This document shows positions 13,015 to 25,200 of a DNA stretch of 64,000 nt, in pieces (positions within the stretch are counted from its first letter, which is position 1; each line of letters starts with the position of its first letter). The stretch comes from Euglena gracilis (Eukaryota), in contig CP154954.1 of NCBI GenBank assembly GCA_039621445.1, forward strand, positions 20,446,642 to 20,510,641. Direction: 5' to 3'. The notes below the pieces were generated by a model, which saw nothing but the letters and a program-made list of their open reading frames with translations, ran no database searches and was not told the origin of the DNA. Both the position numbers and the translations under genes were made by a program.

Positions 13015-14527
13015 CGGTAGACTGGGGGGGGGGGGTAGTGGGTAGTCGGCCGACTAGTCGGCCGACTACCCAATTGGTCCACCGACTAGTCCTAGTCGGT
13101 AGCTAGTCGGCGAGACAGGGGGGGGGGGTAGTGGGTAGTCGGCCAACTAGTCGGCCGACTACCCACTCTAATGTACTAACGGGTCAAAACCGCCGACTTT
13201 TAAGCCCCCCCCCATGAACAAAATCCAATGCAAACTAGTCGGTGGCTAGTCGGCGGTCATAAAAATGGTCTGTGGCGGGCCCAAATCACCCGGAAATGGT
13301 CCGGATGGGTCCAAATAAGTGTCTTACGCCTAAATAAACACCCCCAGATGGAAATCTTTGGTCAGTGGGGGGTCGGTGGGCCCTTGATGGGGTCCGGAGG
13401 GGTAAAAAACCAATGATGAAACAGGGATTACATTAAAATCCTTTAGAAATGCAATCTGCAATCTGCGTTTTGCATCACGAGAGGCAGAAAACTCCCCCCT
13501 CCACCCCAATCCGACCCCCCCCCTCAAATAACAAAATCCCTTCTGTGTTGGCAACATACTCGGGGGCTAATTCGTTTTTGTGGCTCACTTTGGCATAGGC
13601 GGGGGGGGCTCCGCCCCCCCGCCCGCACCCCCCCCCCCCCCCCCCCCCTCAAATAACAAAATCCCTTCTGTGTTTGCAACATACTCGGGGGCTAAGTCGT
13701 TTTTGTGGCTCACTTTGGCATAGGCGGGGGGGGGTGGGTGGCTCCACCCCCCACGCACTCCCCCCCTCAAATAACAAAATCCCTTCTGCGTTGGCAACAT
13801 ACTCGGGGGCTAAGTCGTTTTTGTGGCTCACTTTGGCATAGGCGGGGGGGGCTCCGGCCCCCCCCTCAAATAACAAAATCCCTTCTCTGTTGGCAACATA
13901 TTCGGGGGCTAAGTCGTTTTTGTGGCTCACTTTGGCATAGGCGGGGGGGGCTCCGCCCCCCCCCCCCCCCCCCCCCCCTCAAAAAACAAAAACCCCTCTG
14001 TGTTGGCAACATACTCGGGGGCTAAGTCGTTTTTGTGGCTTACTTTGGCATAGGCGGGGGGGGGCTCCGCCCCTCCGCACCCCCCCCCTCAAATAACAAC
14101 ATCCCGGCTATGTTGGCTATAGACTTGGGGGATAAGACCCTTTTTTTGTGCAAATTTTGACTTATATTGAAAATTCAATGGGGAGAGGTGTACTTTTGTC
14201 AAAAGTGGCCCAAAATGGACATTTTCCCCCAATTTTTTTTTGCATATTCACCCCCGATTGGGGGGTTCTGGAGCCATTTGGGTCGGTTTTGACCGGCGTT
14301 GAGGTGATTCAGACATTTTTTTTTACCAGGGGGGGGGGCTTAAAAGTCGGCGGTTTTGACCCGTTAGTACATTAGAGTGGGTAGTCGGCCGACTAGTCGG
14401 CCGACTACCCACTACCCCCCCGCCGACTAGCCACCGACCAATTAGTCGGCCGACTAGTCGGTGGACCAATTGGGTAGTCGGCCGACTAGTCGGCCGACTA
14501 CCCACTACCCCCCCCCCCAGTCTACCG
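13015..14527. mobile_element. Foldback-type element with ~200-bp TIRs built of TAGTCGGCCGACTA palindromes
   Basis: cggtagactggggg... / ...cccccagtctaccg. Arms at ~13015-13215 and ~14329-14527. No clear TSD. Confidence 0.8.
13521..14105 (+). repeat. Minisatellite: ~80-bp constant unit separated by variable G-run/C-run hairpin linkers
   Basis: ccctcaaataacaaaatcccttctgtgttggcaacatactcgggggctaagtcgtttttgtggctcactttggcataggc, 5 full copies plus one partial. Confidence 0.9.
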
Positions 14528-16320
14528 TTTGGCACTGGGGGGAGGGGTGTACCATGGTATCCAACAAAATTTTCGTTCAAAAAATCACGAAAATCCCCGG
14601 CGGCGTGACGAGGGGGTCCGGCTAGGGGGGGGGGGTAAATGGCATGGCGAGGCCCTCGGAGGGGGGGGGAGGGGTGTACCAACCCCCCACGGGAGTGTGA
14701 AGCGGGTATGGTTCATGTGGAGGGGGTGGGTTAACCAAGGTCGACAGGTGTTTACTGGGAATACGGGAGGTGGCAACCGGCAGATAGGTCGTGTCATTTG
14801 ACAGGTTGGTGTAGAAGCTCCAAACCAGTTGTTTAGAGATTTCTTTGGCCAGGAGTGAGAGTCCTTGCCACACTTCTGCTTGGGTTTGGCGCTGAAGCCA
14901 ACTCTCCCTTTGCCCTAACAAGGCTTTAAGGAGAGTGGAAATCAGAGAACGTCCTTGTGAAGTTCACCGTTTGAAAGTTCACCGGGGGGTCCCGGACCGC
15001 CCCCCCCCCCTCTGCCTAACCCATCGGTGAATTTCACCGGTGAAGTTCACCAAGAGAGCACTTTTTGACCAAAAATGGCCAAAAATGACATTTTTGGGCA
15101 AGTTTTCGGAAGTTTCGATTTAATTACATGAAGCATCAACCTCAAAATGACCATTTTGAGAGGGAAGGAGCAAAATTTCACCCATGAAAATTTCACCCCC
15201 AACCATCAAAACAGTGAATTTCACCGGTGAACTTCACCGGTGAACTTCACTACCGAAAGTACCCCCCCCCCCGGTGAACGTTCACCGGTGAAGTTCACCG
15301 GGGGGTCCCCCGCCGCCCCCCCCCCCCCCCGTACTGCCTAACCTCCGAGGACTTTGACCTCTACCTCTACCTCTATCCAGCCCTGACTCAGCACGTACCG
15401 AGCACACACAGCACGCACCGCTGTACATGTTGTACATAGAACGCCCCATGGAGTCCCTCAAGGATGATGTGGAATGTACATTTCTAACCCGCCGGAGCAC
15501 CATGTAACGTGACCCCCCCTATTTGTCCCCCCCCCCTAATTGGCCAGAGCCCAGGTGGCCAATTAGGGGGGGGGTTACTCATTTTCAAGGGAAAATGCCT
15601 TTATTGGGTGTTTACGGGGGTTCGCGACTATGAAGGACGGGGTCCAGGTGGCCAATTAGGGGGGGGGTTAGGGGTAACCCCCCCCTAATTGTCACCCCCC
15701 CCCCTAATTGGCCAGAAGGGGGGTCCGGGCCGCCCGGAGGGCGGCCAAATAGGGGGGGGGGTGTTGGTACATAAAAAGTGCACGCCGGTATATGTATGAC
15801 CCCTGATCCGCGAAAAAAAAATCGAAACAATAGTGGTGGTGGGGCAAATGGTTCGAAACTGTTGAATCTGGTTAATTTTTCAGAAGATTTCACCTGTGCA
15901 GCACAGCCACCTCGGGAAAAGGTGTCACAAAAACATTGGGGAAACATTTGCTCAGTTTTGTGCCAAAAGAAACTGCAACAATCCTTGTCCGGAGCCGACG
16001 CCGTTCGGTTTGCTTGCCAAACAAGGCCGCATGCAATGGCCTGGGCATGTGCATGCCCTTCAATAGGAGTGAAAACTCTCATTCCGACCAAAGAGTTTGG
16101 TGCCCTTCTCCAATGGACCCTGGGTGCTCCTGTAGTAAAATCGGATGAGGGAGACTTGGATGTCCACGATGTAGGAGTGCGCTTGACACAGCTGGCCACC
16201 ACCTCTTCTGCTGCCACCGCAACAACCTTACTCGACGGCATGGGGTGGTACAAAGCTTTGTCCTGAGCCTTGCGAGTTGGCTTCCCGGCACGTCGTGAAG
16301 AGAAAGCCGAGGATGGCACC

Positions 16321-17038
16321 CAAGGTTGACGGCTTGTTTTTTTTAAACAAAAAAAACATGTTTTTTTTGAAAAAATATGTTTTTTTAAAAAAAACGTGTT
16401 TTTTTGAAAAAAAAATTTTTTTAAAAAAAACGTCATGTACGGCTTAGGGGAAAAATTTTTTGCATTTTTTTTTTAGAAAAAAGTTCATTTTTTATCTCCG
16501 CAGCATTCATTTTTTGTTTTTTTGGGGGGGGTTTGAAAGCATGATTTTTTTGCACTAGAAAACACAGATTTGGAAATACTTTCACACAAAGAAAACTTTA
16601 GAGGGGGTGTTCCCCCCGTGACCCCTCCCTCGACCCGACCTAGGACCCTTTTCGGCCATTTTTTTTCTGAAAAACTTTGCCGGTGATGCCTAATTTGACA
16701 AAATATTCAGGTAGATTCCTATTTTTGAGGCATAAATTTTGCAAAATTTGGAATGGTGATGCCTAATTTGGTGTCAAAATGCTAATTTTAAGTTGGGGAT
16801 TCCTAATTTGGAGCCTAAAAAGGATTTTTTCCCAAAAAATTCGCTTTCGGTGATTCCTAATTTGGCCACCAAAAAATGTGATGTTCCCCCGTGACCCCCG
16901 ATGACCAAACCACCCCCGAAAATTTTTCTTCAAAAAATGGCCATTTCGCAAGGAAAAAGGTACATGTTTTTTTTGTGCTATTTTTAAAAAAAACATGTTT
17001 TTTTGTTGTTTTTTTTTTAAAAAAAAACATCAACCCTG
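16321..17038. mobile_element. hAT-like MITE (CAAGGTTGAC...TCAACCCTG)
   Basis: Perfect 8-bp TSD atggcacc at 16313-16320 and 17039-17046. Confidence 0.92.
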
Positions 17039-17149
17039 ATGGCACCCGACCCGGAGACGTGTTCATCACCCGGTTTGACGCCAATGGACCCGCTGCCATC
17101 GATGTCACTGTCCGGCACCCACTGGCATCGTCCAGGTCACCCCCAGCTC

Positions 17150-18864
17150 TGTGACAAGAACTGTGTTTGGGCCAAGTGTTGGGGGAGCCTGGGGGCGGGG
17201 ACCGCGGCGCCGAAGGCGCCGTGGTCGCCCCCAGGCCCCCCTAAAACCTTGGCCCAAAACACTGTTCTTGGTTTAAAAACGTGTTCAGCCCGCCAAATGC
17301 CTGCCCTGAAATTCGTGGTCATGAACACGTTTTCAATGAGGGCATCTGTGGCAATGACACATTTTCAATGAAGCCATCTGTGGTTAGGCACGTTTTCAAT
17401 GAGGGCATCTGTGGCAATGACACGTTTTCGATTAAGGCATCTGTGCTCAGGCACGTTTTCAATGAAGGCATATGTGGCAACCCTGAGTAAAAAGCAAAAA
17501 ACGCTGTCATGAAAAATCGGCGGGTGGTTGCGAGGCCGGGTGGTCCTCAACGAGTGAGGCGGGTCGGGGGCACTCTACAACACGACAGAAGGCTAGGTTG
17601 CCTTGGAGCACAACGAGACAGAGTGGCGGACATCACTGAACACGACACGCTTTACACAAAAAAGAGCCATACTTTGGTGGCCGCCGCAATCTTGGCAATG
17701 AAAATGATATGCCAAACCGCAGGCGTCACAGACAACTTTGTTCAGCTCCACACAATTTGGATTTTTGGGAATGGGAACACCACAAAAACCACATTTCTGC
17801 TGTTTTATAGGCAGTCGGGACACAGCACAAGGGACAGGGGGTTGGTCAGGGGAGGAAACGGAGCTGCTGACCACAGGAGCGGAACGTTGCTCGGCGGTGG
17901 GAAACACAGACGGAACATCGGTCAGGTCCTGATTTTCGACCGAGTGTTTTGCGGAATGCCCGAGCGACGGCATTCACGTATGTCTGAAAAGAGGTTGCCG
18001 AACGATTCCCTGAAACGAACAAAGTTCCCGACTGCTGCTCACGTTGAGCCACACATTGTTCAAAGACGCTCGCCTCATCGAACAACAGGCTGGGTTCCAG
18101 CTCCCATCCCGTCCAGGCAACAAAGAAAGCATCCAGCTCAGGATAAGAGGCTTGCCGATGTTGACACAGTTTGGCAAACTCCAAACAGTTGGCAACAGCA
18201 GCAAGCTCTGCACCTACGGAGCCGGACTTTTTCTTTGTGTTGCCCTGTGCCAGCAAGGTGCCATGAAGGGGGTCAACCTTCGGCTTCTTGGCATCTTGCT
18301 GGTATACCGCGAGAGCAGCCAGGAACAGTTCCGTCCTAGGGGGAGGTGGTAAAAGACCATTCACAAAGTTAGCCGTGCGTTTCGCCATAGTGGGAGGGCT
18401 GCGGAAAAAGGGTGGGGGTGACACGTTTTCAATGAGGGCATCTGTGGCAATGACACGTTTTCAATGAAGGCATCTGTGGTTAGGCACGTTTTCAGTTTTC
18501 AATGAGGGCATCTGTGGCAATGACACGTTTTCAATTAAGGCATCTGTGTTCAGGCACGTTTTCAATGAGGGCGCCGTTTCTTGGGTCCGAATTTCACAAA
18601 TTCGCGTTTTTGACCCCTTGCGTGAATCATGACCACGAATTTCAGGGCAGGCATTTGGCGGGCTCTGAACACGTTTTTAAACAAATTGTGGCTGAGCCCA
18701 GATTTCAGCCTGAAAACGTGTTCAGGGGGCCCCCTTCGGGAACCCCCTGGCTGAACACGTTTTCAGGCTGAAATCTGGGCTCAGCCACAATTTGTGTATA
18801 GAAACCGTGTTTGGGCGAAGATTTAAAACTTTTAACGTCTCGAAATCGGCCCAAACACGGTTTC
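17150..18864 (-). mobile_element. Family G TSD-less hairpin-ended element carrying a gene
   Basis: Terminal GAA-loop hairpin at 17156-17269, TTC-loop hairpin at ~18681-18794, second hairpin at ~18799-18864. Inverted repeats at ~17278-17330 and ~18620-18675, plus ~31-bp tandem units. Inserted at gctc^aagt. Confidence 0.8.
17593..18388 (-). pseudogene. Element-borne gene: helical N-terminal domain plus PHD-like finger, frameshifted near 17935
   Basis: ATG at 18388, preceded by a pyrimidine tract + CAG acceptor. C-terminal CGFC...CDAC...YHFHC...FC pattern. Confidence 0.65.
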
Positions 18865-19798
18865 TACTACAAAAAAGAGGTGGCGTTCCGGACGCCGGTT
18901 CCGTCCGAAGGACGGAACCGGCGTCCGGAACGCCAGGCTTTGGACAGAACCGGCGTCCGCCACCTCTTGTTTAAGCCGGCGTTTTAGAGACGCCGGGCTC
19001 AGGACAGAACCGGCGTCCCCAACCTTCGGCCAAAGGACACTCCCAGGACCAATCTCCGACCACTGATCTGCAATGTCACACCACTTTGCACTTCACCAAA
19101 TTCCGGCGATCGCGAGGGTATTTCTGGCTGTGTCAATCGTCCAGGTATAAAATCACCCCTCGATCGAAAGCTCTTTTCATCAGACGACTGGCGATCACCA
19201 CCAAATTCAGCCACGTCGCCTGGAGCTATTTTCTGTCACTGGGGAATCCTAATTTCACAACTCTGGTGCCCCCCCAAGGCCCTCAGGTCGTTGATTCGAA
19301 GAGGAAAAACGTTTCTGTAGGGTTTATTCAGCATCTTAAACCAAAAGTCACTGAAGATTGCTACAAGTTTCGACTCAGATTCTGGCCGATCCGACCATCG
19401 CGAGCGTATCTCGGGCTGCGTGCAACGTTAGGGTACCAAGTTACCCCTCGATCGAAAGCTCTTTTCAACAGACGACCAGCGGTGCTCATCAGATCTTTCC
19501 ACGCTGCACGGTACTCTATTTCCAAATCTGGGCCAATTTTCACGAGATTTGGATATCCACCCTACTGGTCCCCAGATGGCAAAATTCATTGTCCTTGATG
19601 GTTGAAACACTCATACCAGCACCTTAGGGCCACTTTTGGGCACTTTTGGTGACATTTTTAGGAATGAAAATCGGACGCCGGGCTTTGGACAAAACCGGCG
19701 TTCCTAACGCCGGGCTTTAGGACAGAACCGGCGTCCGGAAAGCCCGTGGGGGGGGGACGCCGGTTCTGTCCTGAGCCCGGCGTCTCAAACGCCGGCTT
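18865..19798 (-). mobile_element. Family A TSD-less hairpin element, second copy
   Basis: Homologous to 5600-6562, with the same ends tc^tactac...ggctt^aa. Confidence 0.85.
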
Positions 19799-19828
19799 AA
19801 GTGGACAACTGGCACCACCGACAGGAGG

Positions 19829-20240
19829 CAGGGTTGACGTTAAAAAACAACAACAAAAAACATGTTTTTATAAAAAAACCCGCAAAAAAACATGTTTTTT
19901 GAAAAAGCAAAAATTGACCTTTTTCCCTGTGAAATGGCCATTTTTTGAGGAAAAAGTTCTAAAGTCATTTTTTTTGGTCATCAAAGTGACGTTTTCTTTC
20001 GTTTTCCCAGACCCTTCATCCAAAAATACTAAAATCATGGTTCATGTGAAAACCATCACCCTTTACGGACTACGAAGTTGCAAAGATAAAAAAAATGACC
20101 TTTCTCCTTTAAAAAAGATTCAAAAAAGTTTTCACCCAAACCCTCCGTGGCATTTTTTTTTGTTTTTTTATAAAAAATCATATTTTTTTAAAAAAAGACA
20201 TGTTTTTTTTGTTTCAAAAAAAAACAAGCTGTCAACCTTG
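19829..20240. mobile_element. hAT-like MITE (CAGGGTTGAC...GTCAACCTTG)
   Basis: Perfect 8-bp TSD acaggagg at 19821-19828 and 20241-20248. Confidence 0.92.
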
Positions 20241-21520
20241 ACAGGAGGAAGACAAAATTGCCAAGTATGGAGACCCTTGCAAGCGGCGTGGCTGGACCTT
20301 TGTTCCCTTGGTCATGGACTGCTATGAGGCATGAGTGAAGCAGGACAGGGCTTCATCTCCACATGCATCCGCCTTCTGACCAGCCAACACAACGGCTGGG
20401 AGATGCGGGGTGTGGAGGCCAATGTGTGGCAGGGAATTGGAATGGCATTGATGCGAGAGCTAGCCCGACAATTGGCTTGGGGGCAATGCCCTGAACAGCT
20501 TCTGCTGTGGTGACGTAAGTACACATGCCCCGTACCAGTCGTAAATGGATATTCAGCCTTTCAAATGACCGTAGCGGTCTCTGCACCTTCTACCGGCCCC
20601 TGGGCTCCCTTGCAACTTGTGATTTGCCACTTCTCAAGCCCGATAAACACAATTCTCACCGAAAACTTCCACGCAAGGATGTGTCAGTGCAGGAGCCGGA
20701 GAACGCGGGAAGCACGCAGCGGGACGACGGATGACGGAAGGCAGAAGCAGCGGGCGGACGGAGCACAATGCCCTCTGTTGCTCATGTACGCTAGCTAACC
20801 ACCAGGAACGCCTGGGGGCTACGGTGGCCACACGAGAAAGTGGGTTTTGCTCATTTTCAATCTCACAACGCTCACGTCAGCTGTAAATAACTCTCACCAC
20901 CTACGGTGTAAATGTTGTGCATAGAACACTCAACCGAGTCCCCTCGGGATGACGTGGAATGTATATCTCTGACCCGCCGGAGCACCATGTACACAAAAGG
21001 TGCACGCCGATTATATCTGGTTTACCACCCCCCCCCCCTAATTGACCCCCCCCCTAATTGACCAAACGCCCTGGGGAAAATTTTTTCACCCCCCCCCTAA
21101 TTGACTGCCCGAGGGGATTCCGTGCTGAAGCACCCCCTAATTGACGGTACCCCCCCCCTAATTGACGCCCCCCCCCCTAATTGAACCCCCCCCCCTAATT
21201 GACCAAAAGGGGGGTCCCGTGGAGAGGTCCCACGGTCAATTAGGGGGGGGGGAGGTGGTAATACAGTTTTTTTGCATTTAACTTCTCCGAGCTGTTTAAA
21301 ACCCAACCCTGGCTGCACCCAAGGTAAACAGGCAAGGCCTGTGAAAACGGCCAAAGTTCGTACGCACCCGGCCGGGGGCTGCGGTTCAGACTGTCTGTTC
21401 CTCCCCGGGGAAACCCGGGTGGCCCAGCGGGGGCTCTGGCCCCTTCTGGGTTGCACTGGAGTGTGGCGCACTGGTGTTGGGGATCGCTATCGACTGGGTC
21501 ACTGGCCAGTCACCTAAACG

Positions 21521-22203
21521 CAGGGAGGTCGCCGTGGAGGCACCTGCGCATGGTGGCTCAATGTACAGTCAGGCCCATGTAAGCCCACGTGAAATCAGAC
21601 GAAGCTCCTTGGGGTGAGCATGGCCTCGGGAAAAAGGCGATCCATGAAAAGTGGTGAGCCCCTCCTCATCCTGAGGGTGACACGGCATGAGGAGGATGGG
21701 TGCCAGCTCCGCACGGGTGTAATCCTCGGCCTTGACGAGCCCATCTCCCCCCAGCCACGGTGAGGGGTCGGAAGGAGCAACGGTCAGGAGGGAGGTTCGG
21801 CAGCCACCCCCCCCCCTGGTGGTCGGACCCCCTCGGCACGGCCAAAAGGGGACCCCCCCCCCTGTCGGCCGACCTCCTCGGCACGGCATGCTGAACCATA
21901 CCAATGAATTTTCCTTTGGGAAATTCGGGCTGTCCGCCACGGTGGACCCCGCCTGGGGGACCAACGGTCCTCGTCAGACGTGCCAAACCTCCGAGCGCCG
22001 TGTGTTGTGGGGCGCCCTTGGGGCCGAGTCCGTGGTGACGGGGAGTGTAGTTTCTCTGTCAGGTGTTGTCGCGTACGCCGGGGCAACCAACCTGTGGCCG
22101 TTTGTGAAGAAGCTTGCATCCTTTGTTCTGCAGACAGGTTGTCACCAACAACGGCTTGAAACGCCTGCAGTATGACCTCAGAGCACGCAGCAAAGCTGTC
22201 TTG
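21521..22203 (-). repeat. Inverted diverged copy of ~1365-2172 (retroelement-derived)
   Basis: Reverse-complement homology, e.g. ACSEVILQAFQ..LSAEQRMQAS and DPSPWLGGDGLVKAEDY. Confidence 0.85.
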
Positions 22204-22226
22204 ATGTGTTGCTGGTTTTGTGGGAA

Positions 22227-22248
22227 TCCCCCCGCTTCCCCCCCACAG
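22227..22248 (+). promoter_or_regulatory. Probable SL trans-splice acceptor of the phosphatase gene
   Basis: C-rich pyrimidine tract tccccccgcttcccccccacAG ending 16 nt before the ATG. Confidence 0.6.
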
Positions 22249-22264
22249 CACAGCAGCCCCCGCC

Positions 22265-25200
22265 ATGTCCTCCACCCCAGCCGACGTCCGTGCCGCATGC
22301 CTCAAGGCGGCCCGCCCCGACGCCAACCACGGGCTGCCCCCCGCCGAGATCCGCTGAGGGCGCTGCAGGAAGGGCAGAAGGGCCTGTCAACGGCCGACAA
22401 ATGGTGGCGCAAGGTTTGCGTTCTCCAGCCGCGTGTTGGATCCCGGAAACTTTAAACGCAAACAGATTTGTAAGCAAAGCACCCAAAATTTCCCCAAAGC
22501 GTGAAGGGTGTGGCTTTTCACAACGGGCGCTCTTTGAAATCTTCCAACAAAAATTCATCAATGATGTCCGATCCCACCCCAAGAGGATCCTTGTCTGCGG
22601 GCATCCAGATCCGCCCGTAGGGGGCTAGGGGGCTGGGGGGCTGGGGGGGGGGATTGGGTGGACCCTGTTTGATTTTTTTTTGTGCAGGCTGTGTGCAATG
22701 GTTTTCTTCATCAACACATTCTCAATTTTTACAAAGTATTCTTGAGAGGATTATTTCAGGGGCTGGCGAAGAACAACGATGAAGAATTTTGCAGCTGTCC
22801 AGCTCATCTTGGGGAGTTGCGAGTTGAGTTGCTTTTTTGCTGCTCACTTCCTGTGCTTTCGCATGGCCCTCCCCCTTTCCATGGCTGCACATTGGGACGA
22901 AGGACGACGCCCTGAAATTGCCACTCTTGGATGATTTGAATGTGAAGCCCAGGACCACCCCCACACAGGCGGAACCCTGGGAACCTGGATATCTGGACAC
23001 CACACATTCATTTATCCCTTGTGTGATCCCACCCCCTGGAGGGAGACGGGTGAGTGTATTTTCAAAAGTGGGTGGGTGGGTTTGGACCGCTGCCCCCCCC
23101 CCCCTTGGGGTGGTGTGCGCCAGGGCAGTAGGTTGGACAGAAAATTCTTAAGGGTTTTCGGCTGATTTTCGGGCGATTTTGGGTGGCTGAGTGGGTGCTG
23201 TGGATTGGCAGGTTTTCAAAAAAAAAAGTGGGTGGATGGGTTTTTGCCCAGGAAAGTGCCAGGGGGTCACAACGTGAAAAGCGCCGCTCCCTTCCTTAAG
23301 GGGCTAAGTTTTAGGTCAGAAGTTTCTTTCGGCACCTTTTTTTCAGAAGGAATTTTCCTGCACTATCCTGCTCCGTTGGAAACTCCAAGGCCAGGGCAGG
23401 GGGGACATGCAAGTTGCATAGTTTGCTTTTTTTTGCATACTGAATTTTTCTTGCATTTTTTTTGCATTTTTTTGCATTTTTTTGCATTTTTTTTTTTGCA
23501 TTTTTTGCATTTTTTTTGCATTTTTTTTTTTTGCATTGGGTATTTTGCCCCCGGTCAGCAGGGGATTATTTTTTTTCCAAGGGGAGGGTGCGAAGCAAAT
23601 TGCAGAATTTTTGAAGCCCCGCCGGCCACCGCTGTGTAGGGCCTGGGTGACGGGAAGGTGGCCGTAGTGCTGGGTGGTGCTGCCGCGGACCGTGATCAAT
23701 GCGGGACTGAACAAAAGCAATCCGGGGCCTGCCCAGTGGGGAACTAGCGACTTTGCATCCTGGTGGTGCTGTCCAAATCTCATCACTAAACATGCCCACA
23801 AACCCCTGTGCTCACCAACCTATCCTTAATCTCAACCTATTCTTTTGTCTCCTGTCTCTGCACCTGCTGATAATTATTCTTCAATCTTTTTTTATTTTTC
23901 ACTCCTAATTTGTAAATACTTTTCTCAAATAAATACACTTCTTCTGTGCTTCGTTTTCTTGACCTTTGAATCAGCTATATTTCAGTCGGGCCTAATGAAA
24001 ATGAAAATGACCATGCATTGAGGGGAAATGTCTGAGAGTCCAAAAAGAAAGGCCAGGGGGCCATGTTTGAATTGAAAATTGAACCTTCTCGGTCAATTTT
24101 TGGCGCTGAAAATCATGCGGAACAATTTTATCCCCCTCCCCCTGTATATGCTAAAATACAACTGCAGCGACACTGATACACATAAAAATGGTATTGAGGC
24201 AATAGAAGTAGGTACACGCTGCCCAAACATTCTTTTTGCCCCTCCAAAAACAGTGCCTCCAAATCAACTCCCTGAGAGCCTAAATTCTGCCCAAATATGA
24301 GGCTCTTGGCATTGTTGGTACACATTCAGGAAATGTCGTAAGATGTGTGGGAGTGCAGAGGCAGACAACAGCTGCCCAATGATCTGTATGACTTTCCCAA
24401 TGCTTCTGGTTTCAGTTCATTGGGGGCAGGCTTTTGCTTAAGGGATTGCAGTTCCCCCGGGGGGGGGGGGGGGCTGGGCTGCAGCTAGTCCAAATCTGGC
24501 GAGTGGGATTTCTAGCAGACCCCCCCCGGGGGAGTCTGCTAGCAGGGCTAGCTAGTGGAAAATTTTTTTCCAGTGCCCGGCGCTTCGAATTTTTTTTGGG
24601 ACCCCCAAAAATGGCCCAAAATGCCCGTTTTTGGCCATTTTTGGGAATTTTTGGAACAAAATCAGCCAAAAACCTGTTAAAAACCTCATTTTTCCAGTTC
24701 GGGGGACCCCCGGACCCCCCCCCCCCCAGGGGGGAGGGGGTCTAGCTATCCCCCTTTTTCCAGTGTCTAGCCGATTGGCTACCCAGTCCCCCCCCCCCCC
24801 CCCGGGTCCTTAAGCAAAAAGCCTGATTGGGGGGTTATTATTTCGGCCGTCAAAGTTGGAGGCGAGGTGAATGTTTTTTTGGGTGTTTTCATCGACTTTT
24901 CCCCTGCAAGTTTTTAGGAGTAAATGGGTGTCAAACAAACAAACCGGAGTTTGGTGTCAAATGTGGTGTACTAAAGATCTCTTATTCCAAACCAACAAAT
25001 AAAAAGCACGAGGAGAGCACGACCCTGCCTTGGCTCTTGGGCCCTCTTGTGAAATGCAGGGAGTCCCCCCATGTTCATCTAACCCCCCGGAAGGGGACCC
25101 AGTTATTGAAAGATTTCATTTGTTTATTTTCAATCGTGGGTTGCACCGTTGCTGGCCAGCCACTGCCTCGGACTTACCCCCTGGCCCGAAACAGTTTCGG

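Larger units (their letters stand above)
12909..14688. mobile_element. MITE (GGGTGGTTGGTAC...GTACCAACCCCCC) with a nested foldback element
   Basis: Near-TSD aca/acg. Empty site ggagacaggagtgtga at ~3372-3387. Confidence 0.75.
15890..20513 (+). pseudogene. CCHC + RLE region of a CRE-like retrotransposon split by four insertions
   Basis: After removing the insertions it reads CPRC..LDTAGHHLFCC, RRHGVVQ, EDGTRPGDVFI..AIDVTVRHP..PPAQVDNWHHRQEEDKIAKY..CKRRGWTFVPLV..VWQGIGMALMRELARQL. Confidence 0.9.

Noticed and set aside
13521-14105. CRISPR-like repeat/spacer appearance
   Set aside because: Repeats are ~80 bp, the 'spacers' are related G/C homopolymer hairpins, there are no cas genes, and the context is eukaryotic.
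17509-18339. 276-aa plus-strand ORF
   Set aside because: It is the antisense shadow of the minus-strand gene that has the acceptor site and the PHD pattern.
22297-22413. Alternative first exon MPQGGPP...WWRK|gt
   Set aside because: The other frame with a stem-loop intron gives the canonical PAEILPWLHIG phosphatase motif.
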